Assembly (NCBI GenBank): GCA_965195345.1
Contig: OZ239628.1
Span: 1,248,001-1,312,000, forward strand
Length of the DNA stretch: 64,000 nt
Direction: 5' to 3'
From: an uncultured Thiomicrospira sp.
GTDB lineage: Bacteria; Pseudomonadota; Gammaproteobacteria; CAKMZV01
The notes under the pieces are model-generated. The model ran no database searches, was not told the DNA's origin, and worked only from the letters and a program-made list of their open reading frames with translations. Below are positions 43,406-52,339 of the stretch, one piece after another; positions within the stretch are counted from its first letter, which is position 1; each line of letters starts with the position of its first letter. The translations under genes were made by a program, and so were the position numbers.

Positions 43406-44803
43406 TTAATTCCTAGAAATTTTAGAGGTCAGATCAATTATCTTCGATGCAGATTGCTCGTAGGTATCTACAAACTTATCGGTAATCGATACCAAATTAT
43501 TCCCCATTTTGTCGAGCGAACGCTGGAGTTGTTTTTGCATTCCTTCATCTAGAATCTGGAGCGATTGATTCATATGTTCTGTATTCTCGGCAAGAGACTG
43601 ATCAATGCGCGACTTTATATCGTTGGAGGTAGACTGTTGACTGTCACTAAAGTCCTTAACTATTGACTCAACATTGGCACTTACTTTTTTAGTAGAATCT
43701 AGAACATTGTCGGCCGCAATATTAAGGCTATCAAGAACACCTTGAAACTTACTTTGCTGCTCAGCATACATTTTTTCTGAGTGTTCGAATGATGAGGTCA
43801 TCAGATCATTTAAGCCATTTGTTAGGTTTTTTATCGTTTGTTGAGTTTCAATTTGAGAATCACGCATTGACCCAAACTGCTTGTCGATAACAGATAATTC
43901 ATCCTGAATAGACTGCTTCAACCCCTCTGTTAGGCATGTAATCTGCTCCCTGATTGATGGAATTGCATTCTCAGCGTTTTTCCTCATCTCATCTAAAGAA
44001 GATAACCCCTCATGTAACTGGTTCATTCTCTCATCAGTTGCCTCAAAAACAATGGAGATTTTATCCATATGCTCAGGTATCTGCTGAGTAGAACCTTCGA
44101 TCAGCTTAACACTCTTTTGCACTGCATCAATACCAGCTTGGATCGCAAGGAATGCTTCCGTAAGCGCTCTAACTTGTTCTTTGTGCTCCTGTTGCCACTC
44201 TAACTGTGCACCGACTGCCTCATTGAGTTGCTTAAAGTTATCACCAAATTGTTCTGATATCTTTTCATTAAAGTCTTTAATAACAGACTCTAAAGCCTCA
44301 ACAAGTGCTTTACTACCATCCTCAGAAACCTTTTCGGCAAAGTCTCTAAAGTCATTCCTGAGTTTACTGAACTGAGTAGATAGACTTGAGTCACCCTCAC
44401 CAACTAATGCGTCTCTAACTTGGTTAGTCCCTTTAGTTATTTCTCGAAGTTCTAACAGTAAATCTTCTCCGGAAGCATCATTTGCTGATTGCTCGCTTCG
44501 TATTGACGGATACACCACACGGTAAAGAAGGCTTAAACCAAGCCCAACTACACTCGATAAAAATGCTAACTTTAATCCACCAAGAAGTCTCGGAATTGAT
44601 CTGTTCATGTCATTAACATCGAAAGCCTGAAGTGCTAAAAAGATGCCAAGAAAGGTAAAAAATATACCGAACGACGTTAGGATAGTCGGACCACTAGACG
44701 ATACTGCTGACAGCACCTTGCCTTTTGAGTTGATGCCAAAAAGACATAGTGCAAAAGTGAATAATATTAGACTTACTGAAATTGATTGGAGGAGACTTTC
44801 CAC
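43406..44803 (-). CDS. zorA: ZorA (MotA/TolQ/ExbB-like TM region plus long helical tail)
   Basis: PTILTSFGIFFTFLGI, I..LLGGLKLAF.SS..GL, then FNEKISEQFGDNFKQLN.AV and coiled-coil tail; GTG start with AGGA RBS. Confidence 0.85.
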   Translation of the reverse strand: MESLLQSISVSLILFTFALCLFGINSKGKVLSAVSSSGPTILTSFGIFFTFLGIFLALQAFDVNDMNRSIPRLLGGLKLAFLSSVVGLGLSLLYRVVYPSIRSEQSANDASGEDLLLELREITKGTNQVRDALVGEGDSSLSTQFSKLRNDFRDFAEKVSEDGSKALVEALESVIKDFNEKISEQFGDNFKQLNEAVGAQLEWQQEHKEQVRALTEAFLAIQAGIDAVQKSVKLIEGSTQQIPEHMDKISIVFEATDERMNQLHEGLSSLDEMRKNAENAIPSIREQITCLTEGLKQSIQDELSVIDKQFGSMRDSQIETQQTIKNLTNGLNDLMTSSFEHSEKMYAEQQSKFQGVLDSLNIAADNVLDSTKKVSANVESIVKDFSDSQQSTSNDIKSRIDQSLAENTEHMNQSLQILDEGMQKQLQRSLDKMGNNLVSITDKFVDTYEQSASKIIDLTSKISRN

Positions 44804-44947
44804 GATTGCATCCTAGAGTTTTGTACTAGGCTTGATTGTATAGTCTTTTAACGCACTTTGCTTGCTAGGCACGACAACGAACTCAGGAATAAATAATATA
44901 CTACGGGTCAGATATCGATCATCTAATCGCTTAGGCGAGCCTTAAAA

Positions 44948-45470
44948 TCATCCTATGATTGAAACTACCTTTGTCAAAGGTGTTGAGCATGCGTAATCAC
45001 TATACTTTTGCATCAAGCGACGCCGTTTATCAATAAGATGACTCTTCTGATAGGTGCCAGCTGACTTATCTTTGATCTTATGCGCGAGGGCGATCTCTCC
45101 TGTCAGCCAGTCTTTATCGGCCTTCTCCGTATTCCATGTCTTAAATGTACCTCTAAATCCATTAACCGTGATTAGTTGGCCGCGCCTGTCTTTCCAACTC
45201 TCTTGTTTTTTTGCATTCGTTTCAATGCTGAGGACATTTTGATAATATTGTTCGATTAAAGCAATGGATTGTTTGCTGAGAGGGATGCATATCTTTTAGC
45301 CCTTTCATTCTGCGTGACGGTATAGACCAAATAGCTGGATTTCTCTCTGTTCTGAGATCATTAGATATAGCCACGTCTAAAATAGATGCGATTCTTCTTA
45401 CTCGATCTGCTGTCTCTGTTTTATCAAACCAAATCGGCTGTAATATTTCTAATATTTGCACCTACTAACT
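44948..45470 (-). pseudogene. P4-like tyrosine integrase remnant (internal deletion and frameshifts)
   Basis: ILQPIW..K.ETA.RV...NPA, WSIP..RMK, then in another frame TVNGFRGTF.TW..E, EIALAH, Y.KS.LIDKRRRLM, ending at TGA 44948. Confidence 0.85.
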
Positions 45471-45489
45471 TCAGATACAGGGATTTGTC

Positions 45490-45613
45490 CTATAGCTGGA
45501 AAGGCACATTTTTCCAGAGAGCTGATGCCCTAATCAACCAACACCAACAACAAAAGCAAATCACCAGACTCAATAACATCAAGCAAGCCTGCTTGAGCAA
45601 AATGTTTGTTTAG
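45490..45613 (+). pseudogene. hsdS: Type I RM specificity subunit (hsdS) 3' fragment
   Basis: FFQRADALINQHQ..I.RL.NIKQACLSKMFV is the conserved HsdS C-terminus. Confidence 0.75.
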
Positions 45614-45628
45614 CAAGGAACGTCTACC

Positions 45629-45899
45629 ATGACCATCTTTAAAACCGAAACGCAGTTTGACAGGCCTTTATTGAGGTGCTTACCCATAAGGGGTGGAAGC
45701 TGAGATACTAAAAAATAAAACCGAAACCGAGTTACTAAAAAATTGAGCGGCTATTTTATTTGAAAATAATAAACAACGAAAAACGGGATCGCTTAAACGA
45801 TGTACAGCTCACCGCCAGCGAAATACAGCAGATTATTGAGCAGATAAAAGGACTTAAAACCCCGCTCAAACTAAACGGTTTGATTAACGGTAAAAGTGT
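45629..45899 (+). pseudogene. hsdR: Type I RM restriction subunit (hsdR) 5' fragment with frameshifts and a stop
   Basis: Across frames MTIFKTE..F / QAFIEVLTHKGW / ILKNKTETELLKN*AAILFENN / DRLNDVQLT.SE..QIIEQI..LKTPLKLNGLINGK; follows the hsdS fragment. Confidence 0.72.
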
Positions 45900-46135
45900 T
45901 GGGCATCCTGATACTCTGGCTGATACCATAGCAGAGGAAACCTCTACAAGATACTCAGCCTATTGTTTAAAGAAATTTGGTTTTGTTGCCACCATCGGTT
46001 TGATAAAGTAGTTCTAGCAGGAGGAGAAATAGAAATTAAGTATTTAAAAACCAATATTGTTCGACCAGTAAAAACTTTGCTATTTGGGAAAGCCGTTTTG
46101 CAGTTAGGTAACGATCAAATTCCAATGTGGTGTCA
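45899..46135 (+). pseudogene. Fragment of archaeal-type S-adenosylmethionine synthetase
   Basis: GHPDTLADTIAEE.S..YS.YCL.KFG, then after a frameshift HHRFDKVVLAGG. Confidence 0.65.
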
Positions 46136-46173
46136 TTCAATCTTAGATTGTGAACAGTCGCAAAGCGGCTGGT

Positions 46174-46192
46174 AATCCCTCTCTCACCGCCA
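46174..46192 (+). repeat. attR: duplicated 3' end of tRNA-Ser
   Basis: Identical to 40864-40882. Confidence 0.92.
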
Positions 46193-46204
46193 TTATAAAA
46201 AATA

Positions 46205-46621
46205 GTGGTTCAATTTCACTCAGTGTATTGCGCTAATCCCACAGTACTGGGAATTTGGCTAGTCTCTTTTTTTGCAATTCTTCAACTGAGACAATTTTTA
46301 GTCCCATCAAGCTTTTCAAGCTTTGCTCCCTCTAACAAAGGCTATCTTACAGAATATTTTTACAATATTGTAAAAATAAATATAGAAGGATTAAAATCCA
46401 TTACAATAGATTCCACTTTTATGACAATATCAGGAAATACTTTGAAAACCCTTCAGGTATTAATGCCATCAAAAGAAAGCTTAAAGCTGCTAAAGTTTAA
46501 AATCAATGAAATTAATTCAAAACTAATTCCTTGCAAGCAACGAAGCCAAATCCTCATCCTACAGACACCCTCTTCCCCAAATTTATCAGCGATAAAATTA
46601 GGAAGATATTTACACCTCTAA
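46205..46621 (+). pseudogene. hsdS: Second hsdS 3' remnant (TRD plus C-terminal helix)
   Basis: STF..ISGN.LK.L.VL.P, and in a shifted frame TDTLFPKFISDKIR (compare RD.LLPKL.SG.IR). Confidence 0.65.
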
Positions 46622-46633
46622 GACATCTACACT

Positions 46634-47857
46634 ATGAGTAAAAAGACTTTTTTAGAATTGTTTGCGGGAGTTGGAGGTCTGAGCGAAGGTTTTATTGAAA
46701 GTGGTTTTAAACCAGTAGCATTCATTGAAAAAGACAAATATTGTTGTGATACATTAAAAACTAGGCAGGCGTATTTTCATTTAAAGTCAACCGATAAATT
46801 AAACATATATTATCAATATCTATCTAAAAAAATATCAAAGAGTGATTTTTACAACTTCATTCCTAAAAGGAAATTTGATATGATTTTTAACAAGGAAATA
46901 AATAAAAGTAGTATTGATGCATTAATTAGCAATATTGAAAAACGCTTAAAAAACAAGAAATTAGATTTAATATTAGGTGGACCTCCTTGTCAGGCATACT
47001 CTTTAATCGGCAGAGCACAAAATAAAACAAAAAAGAATGATGAAAGACTGTTTTTATATAAATACTATTTGCAATTTTTATCTAAACTAAAGCCTACTAC
47101 CTTTGTTTTTGAGAATGTACCTGGCTTACTGAGCATTGATAAAGGAGATTTATTTAATTCTATTATCAAAGACTTTGAAAAATTGGGGTATAAAGTAACT
47201 TTTGAGACATTAAATTCTCATGATTATGGTGTATTGCAAGAAAGAAAAAGGTTAATAGTAGTAGGAAACATTAATAAAAAAATCAACCTTGCTCAATTAC
47301 AGAAAAACAAGCTCAAATATAATGTTGAAGCTCTTTTTGCAGATCTTAAACCACTAAAACCCAGTGAAATAAAAAATCAATATGTTTCCTCTCCTAATGA
47401 ATATCTTAAAAAAAGTTCAATTAGAAAAGAAGAAGATGTGTTAACTTTACACAATGCAAGACCTCATAATCAAAGAGACTTGGAGATCTATAAATTTGCT
47501 ATAGATTTATGGAACAGAAGTAAAACAAGATTAAAATATTCAGATTTACCCGAAAAACTTAGAACCCATAAAAACGAGAAATCATTTTTAGATAGGTTCA
47601 AAGTAGTATGTGCAGATTTAGAGTCGTCACATACTTTAGTTGCACACATTGCAAAAGATGGACATCATTACATTCACCCAGATGTTAATCAATGCAGAAG
47701 TATATCAGTTAGAGAAGCGGCAAGAATACAGTCTTTCCCTGACAATTTCTTTTTTGAAGGTCCTAGAACCGCCCAATTTACTCAAATTGGCAATGCTGTC
47801 CCTCCATTACTCTCTAAGTCTTTATCCCAAAGTATAAAAAAATGTTATGAAACATAA
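46634..47857 (+). CDS. DNA (cytosine-5)-methyltransferase
   Basis: Motifs I FAGVGG, IV GGPPCQ, VI FENVPG, VIII QERKR, IX RSISVREAARIQSFPD, X QIGNAVPP. Confidence 0.96.
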   Translation: MSKKTFLELFAGVGGLSEGFIESGFKPVAFIEKDKYCCDTLKTRQAYFHLKSTDKLNIYYQYLSKKISKSDFYNFIPKRKFDMIFNKEINKSSIDALISNIEKRLKNKKLDLILGGPPCQAYSLIGRAQNKTKKNDERLFLYKYYLQFLSKLKPTTFVFENVPGLLSIDKGDLFNSIIKDFEKLGYKVTFETLNSHDYGVLQERKRLIVVGNINKKINLAQLQKNKLKYNVEALFADLKPLKPSEIKNQYVSSPNEYLKKSSIRKEEDVLTLHNARPHNQRDLEIYKFAIDLWNRSKTRLKYSDLPEKLRTHKNEKSFLDRFKVVCADLESSHTLVAHIAKDGHHYIHPDVNQCRSISVREAARIQSFPDNFFFEGPRTAQFTQIGNAVPPLLSKSLSQSIKKCYET

Positions 47858-49955
47858 TTTCAAATTTGAATTTTCTCCTAATTTAATCACCTTATTAGGA
47901 GAACAACTCATACACGATAAAAAAATTGCTGTATCTGAATTGGTAAAAAATGCTTATGATGCAGACGCAGATTGGGTTGAAGTAAATGTTGGGGAAAATT
48001 TCATTTCAATTTACGACAATGGTTGTGGCATGGACATTGATACTATTCAGAATGTTTGGCTAAAACCTGGAGTTAGTTCTAAAGATAATATTAAAACAGG
48101 TAGACTTACCCCAAAACATCATCGAATGCCTATTGGGGAAAAAGGAGTTGGGCGTTTAGGTTCTCATAAATTAGGACAAGCTATTGAACTATTTACCAAG
48201 ACAAAGCAAAGTAATGAAATTCATTTAAGAATAAATTGGCATGATATTGAGAAAGCAGACAGTTTGAGTAATTTGCAGGCTATTGTAGTGACTGAAAATA
48301 GTCAACCTGTTGTTTTCAAAGATAAGCAAACAGGGACGAAAATATTAATATCCGAGTTAAAAGAGACTTGGTTAGACTTGGATTACCAGAATCTTTCAAG
48401 AGATTTAACCAATTTAATTTCACCATTTGCAGGAAAAGATGAAAAATTTCAAATTAGATTTAAAAAAAATACCGAATTATTTACTAACGACTTATTAGAT
48501 GAGGTGAGACTCATTAAAGAAAATGCTTTATTTGAATTTCATGTTTTAATTGCAAATGGATTAATAAAAGATTTTCGGTATAAATTTAAAACTTGGCAAG
48601 GACTAGAAAAAGTGCGCCCAAGAACTATCACGCTTGCAGAAGATAAAGACTTTATAGCTAAAATGATTGGAAAAAAATCTAACTTTTTAAGTGTTGATAA
48701 CGAGATAGAAGAATATCAAAATCTTAATATTGGTGAAATTGAATTTCAAGGAGTCATATATGATTTTGACAATGAATTGTGGGACATTCAAACACAAATG
48801 CCTAAAAATAGAAAAAAAATCACAAAAGATTATATGAAATCAAATGGAGGGGTTCGTGTTTATCGAGATAATTTTAGAATATTTAATTACGGTGAGTATG
48901 GAAGTGATATTTTAGAGCTGGATTTGGAAAGAGTAAATCGCCCTGCTGGAAGAATTAGCTCTAATCAAGTCTTAGCAGCTATAAAGCTGAAAAGAAAAGA
49001 TAGCACAGATTTAATAGAAAAGACAAATAGAGAAGGATTTATAAATAACCGCGCTTTAACGGCTTTTCAAAACTGTCTAAAAGAAGTTACATTTAATTTA
49101 ATTAGCACATTGAAGCAAGATGATAAAGCTAAAATCATAACAGCGCACCTAGAGAATGCCAAAGACAGGGTAACAATAGAACACAAAATTAAGGATATAA
49201 AAAAACTGGTTGCTCAATCAAGTATTGAAGAGGACAAAAAAGAAAAAATAGGGGTAGAACTTGATAAATTATCAAAAGATTTTGATCATACAAAAAACGT
49301 ATTTTTAAGTGCCACCTCCACAGGATTAAATTTGGCAATTGTTGTGCATGAATTAAGACACCTACTAAATAGATTAAGTTCTGACCTCAAATTGGGAAAT
49401 TGGAATAAGGCTATAGATGTAACAAAATTACTACAAACAACAGTTAAAAATTATGGCGATATTATTCGTTTAGACAAAAAAAATAACCTTGTCTCGGTTC
49501 AATCTCTTATTAAAACAACTCTTTTCAATGTCGAGTTAAGGTTTGAAGCACATAATATTAAATATAGATTGGACATACCCAATGATTTAGAAATAAATGT
49601 AAAAAAGAATTTGGTTTCTGGCTTACTAAACAATCTATTTGATAATTGTATATATTGGCTTAATCACCAAAATATTGAAGATAAACAAATATATATAAAA
49701 GCCTACAAGAAAGAAGGGCAAGTGCATCTATTGATTGCGGATAATGGGTTAGGATTTATCATTGATTTTGAGTCTGCCATCATGCCCTTTATCACTGGAA
49801 GGCAAGATGATAGTTCTATGGGTATAGGCCTTTATTTGGCTGACCAAGTGATGACGGCACATCAAGGCTTTCTTTTGCAGGCTCAATTTGAAGAAGAAAA
49901 GCTACCTGATGAGTTTAGCAACGGCGCACTCATTAAATTAATATTTAAGCAATAG
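47847..49955 (+). CDS. MORC/MutL-type GHKL ATPase plus S5-like domain fused to a histidine kinase (HisKA + HATPase_c)
   Basis: ELVKNAYDADA, DNGCGM, GEKGVGR, GTKI; GVRVYRDNFRI, EKTNREG; H-box VVHELR (H501), N-box NLFDNC.YW, DNGLG, F-box PFITG, G2 GIGLYL. Confidence 0.88.
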   Translation: MKHNFKFEFSPNLITLLGEQLIHDKKIAVSELVKNAYDADADWVEVNVGENFISIYDNGCGMDIDTIQNVWLKPGVSSKDNIKTGRLTPKHHRMPIGEKGVGRLGSHKLGQAIELFTKTKQSNEIHLRINWHDIEKADSLSNLQAIVVTENSQPVVFKDKQTGTKILISELKETWLDLDYQNLSRDLTNLISPFAGKDEKFQIRFKKNTELFTNDLLDEVRLIKENALFEFHVLIANGLIKDFRYKFKTWQGLEKVRPRTITLAEDKDFIAKMIGKKSNFLSVDNEIEEYQNLNIGEIEFQGVIYDFDNELWDIQTQMPKNRKKITKDYMKSNGGVRVYRDNFRIFNYGEYGSDILELDLERVNRPAGRISSNQVLAAIKLKRKDSTDLIEKTNREGFINNRALTAFQNCLKEVTFNLISTLKQDDKAKIITAHLENAKDRVTIEHKIKDIKKLVAQSSIEEDKKEKIGVELDKLSKDFDHTKNVFLSATSTGLNLAIVVHELRHLLNRLSSDLKLGNWNKAIDVTKLLQTTVKNYGDIIRLDKKNNLVSVQSLIKTTLFNVELRFEAHNIKYRLDIPNDLEINVKKNLVSGLLNNLFDNCIYWLNHQNIEDKQIYIKAYKKEGQVHLLIADNGLGFIIDFESAIMPFITGRQDDSSMGIGLYLADQVMTAHQGFLLQAQFEEEKLPDEFSNGALIKLIFKQ

Positions 49956-49964
49956 GATTTTATA

Positions 49965-50807
49965 ATGTACGACGTTTTATTTATTGATGATAAGTTTGAA
50001 GAAGTGCAAGAGACATTTTTAACATTAAAAGAATCGCACATTAGATGTTTTTATACCGATGCTGATCCAGAAAAAGATGGTATTTTTCCGTTAGAAAGAG
50101 ACAAACTCCTTTTCAAAAATGTCAAGTATATTTGTTTAGACCTTTTTTTAGCTAATCGTGGGATTGATGAAAGTCATCTTAATAAAAATGCGGTATCTAC
50201 TCTTGCAAATGTGGTTAAAAAATTTACTATCAATAAAGATTATAAAATTATTATTGCATCTGCCCACATAGAGGACTTTAAAAAATATGAAGATGATTTT
50301 AAGGAATATATAGGTGATGTTGAAGTTATTACAGAAGAAAAAGATGCAGATGCTTCAGGAAAACGATTTTCCATTCTTCATAAAAATGAACCTATATTTA
50401 AAGAGATTCTTCAAAACTCTATTCAAAATAATTTAAGGAACCTAATTATTAAAGAAGCGATAGAAATTGAAAATTCAATTTGGGAAAAAATTAATAATGA
50501 AGATTGTCAATTAAAAGGGTTGCTTGAATATTTGCCAACAAGAAGTAATCCTAATTTTGGAACTAAAATTGAACTATTTAACTTTTATTTTGTTAAAGAT
50601 AATAAAAACATTACTATAGAAAACTTACACACGTTTAGAAATCTCCGAAACGACGCGGCTCATAAAGATGATTCAGGTAAATTGATCAAGGATGTCAAAA
50701 AATTTGTAAAACTTTTTGATGAAAAATGTATCGTTGAAAACGAAAAAATTATTGCTGCAACATTGCACAGTATAGAAAAATTAAAGGGAAATATAAAGAA
50801 TGTCTAA
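49965..50807 (+). CDS. Receiver (REC)-like domain fused to a HEPN-like domain with an RxxxxH motif
   Basis: VLFIDD (D8, D9), ICLDL (D59), IIASAH (S99), K126; helical C-terminus II.EAIEIE..F..KI.L..L..FRNLRNDAAH (R228, H233). Confidence 0.68.
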   Translation: MYDVLFIDDKFEEVQETFLTLKESHIRCFYTDADPEKDGIFPLERDKLLFKNVKYICLDLFLANRGIDESHLNKNAVSTLANVVKKFTINKDYKIIIASAHIEDFKKYEDDFKEYIGDVEVITEEKDADASGKRFSILHKNEPIFKEILQNSIQNNLRNLIIKEAIEIENSIWEKINNEDCQLKGLLEYLPTRSNPNFGTKIELFNFYFVKDNKNITIENLHTFRNLRNDAAHKDDSGKLIKDVKKFVKLFDEKCIVENEKIIAATLHSIEKLKGNIKNV

Positions 50808-50843
50808 ATTCATCAAACTCGCCTTGAACTGTCAATTATTGCG

Positions 50844-51230
50844 TTAATTCTCAAACAAGGAAACTCTCACATATTTTATGTGGGAAAATTTCGCGTTACT
50901 ATCACAAATATTCAACACAAATAATTTAGTAACATTACCTATGGCTTCACTTTCTCCTGTAACAGGTGTATTACCTGGAATAAAACCATCAAAATATATT
51001 GCTTCCTCTAAAATTTCACCAACTAAATTTTCTGTGTTATTTTTACCGTGATACTGAAGTTCAGCATACAGATTAGCATACGCGGCAGTGATCGCACTCA
51101 TTGCAAATGACCCACCAATAAAGTGAGATGTCCCTTGACTCACAAATCCTTGTCAAAAGTCTCCACCTTGTAACTCGTTAAGTCCATCTCCAACAACACC
51201 TTGGCAGCATGATGTAAAACCCCACCTTTG
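50844..51230 (-). pseudogene. Orphan Rhs-like toxin-tip cassette 4 (internal stop and in-frame deletion; no downstream immunity gene)
   Basis: GVVGDGLNELQGGDF*QGFVSQG..GGSFAMSAITAAYANLY, then a variable tail; DNA similar to 52077-52260. Confidence 0.6.
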
Positions 51231-51357
51231 AAATTATAATATTCTGCTAATGTGTACCCATTTTTTCAAAGAGTTCTACTTCTTCATACCCTGTTATAGC
51301 AACTGCAAATCTTGCGAAAAGTTTAGTGTTATTACCTAAAGAGATAGGTACACTTCT

Positions 51358-51936
51358 TTAGAATTTTCCTTTGGAGGTTTTGTTTTTTCCGATGACTGTA
51401 AGATAAGCAAATGCAAGCGTTGTACTTGCCCATAAGTTTATTAAAATCATCAAGAAACTCGTAGCGTATGTGAAATAAAAATCTCCATATAAAGCAAAGC
51501 CTCCATATATAAATGATGCAATCACAAATACAATTGTGAACATTGTAAAAAATATTATCGACTGATGATTCTTTGTGGCATACCACGAATCTATAAATAT
51601 AAATTTTTCGTCAACAGCAATGCTAGGAAATACAAAAGAGAATCTGCTCAACGAATACAAAGAAAAAACGACCCATAATAGTGGAACCGTTATTTGAATA
51701 GAGACTGAGTATTGATATCCTATGACCATTATGATGATAATACCTAGAGGGAAAATCAACATTGCAATTAAGTATAACTGATATAGAAAGAAATCTATTT
51801 CACGCCAACCAAATTGAAACTTCCATTTAGGTATTGATTGAGGACCTAATATCACCAAACGATGTACAGCAACAGGAATCACACCAAAAAACATTAATAT
51901 TCCTAAAAATCTAAACACGGCCTCTATATTTTTCAT
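51358..51936 (-). CDS. Multi-pass membrane protein, possible immunity protein (may be 5'-truncated)
   Basis: About 5 hydrophobic segments; start overlaps the end of the cassette 3 tail. Confidence 0.55.
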   Translation of the reverse strand: MKNIEAVFRFLGILMFFGVIPVAVHRLVILGPQSIPKWKFQFGWREIDFFLYQLYLIAMLIFPLGIIIIMVIGYQYSVSIQITVPLLWVVFSLYSLSRFSFVFPSIAVDEKFIFIDSWYATKNHQSIIFFTMFTIVFVIASFIYGGFALYGDFYFTYATSFLMILINLWASTTLAFAYLTVIGKNKTSKGKF

Positions 51937-52260
51937 CCACAGGTCCAGTAGGGGCTAAATGACAATCTAGAGGGTTATTGGTTCCACAAGCATTTCCCGC
52001 ATTTCCCGCATTTCCATAATGGCCATCATTGAGCGGATTTCCATGCCGACCATCATGTCCGTTACCTAAGTCATTATACAGATGAGCATACGCGCAGTGA
52101 TCGCACCCATTGCAAATGTCCCACCACTTAACTGCGATATACTACCACCAATTACTGATTGCATTATGGTGGTTCCTGCCATACTCTCTCCTAAAAGATT
52201 ACCGATATCTTCAAACCCACCAAGAAAGTGAGATGTTGCTTGACGCACAAACCCTTGTCA
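51911..52260 (-). pseudogene. Orphan Rhs-like toxin-tip cassette 3 (1-bp frameshift; truncated PLA2-like tip)
   Basis: GGSISQLSGGTFAMGAITA / AYAHLYND...HYGNAGNAGNACG..P.D..PTGPVDE..RV*. Confidence 0.6.
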
Positions 52261-52339
52261 CAAAAAGTGGTTTTTTACTTGGTGAGTTTAGCGTGCTTTA
52301 ATTTTGATCATATTACATTTAGCCTATAGAGCTATTCTT

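Larger units (their letters stand above)
40864..46192. mobile_element. Decayed integrative element inserted at the tRNA-Ser 3' end (attL 40864-40882, attR 46174-46192)
   Basis: Exact 19-bp direct repeat AATCCCTCTCTCACCGCCA at both ends; internal tyrosine integrase remnant. Confidence 0.85.

Noticed and set aside
42696-44803. Flagellar stator motAB, possibly working with the orphan FliG-like protein at 9915-11843
   Set aside because: The long ZorA-type tail, coupled HNH gene and island location indicate Zorya; the FliG-like gene is 30 kb away in the core region and lacks the torque helix
45054-45242. Plus-strand 62-aa ORF and the 5' part of ORF 45386-45613
   Set aside because: Antisense to the integrase remnant; only the 3' part of 45386-45613 is HsdS-like
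46634-50807. Ordinary type II RM system or membrane sensor two-component system
   Set aside because: No PD-(D/E)xK, HNH or GIY-YIG nuclease recognised; the kinase has no TM or sensor domain and the regulator has no HTH. A highly divergent nuclease cannot be fully excluded
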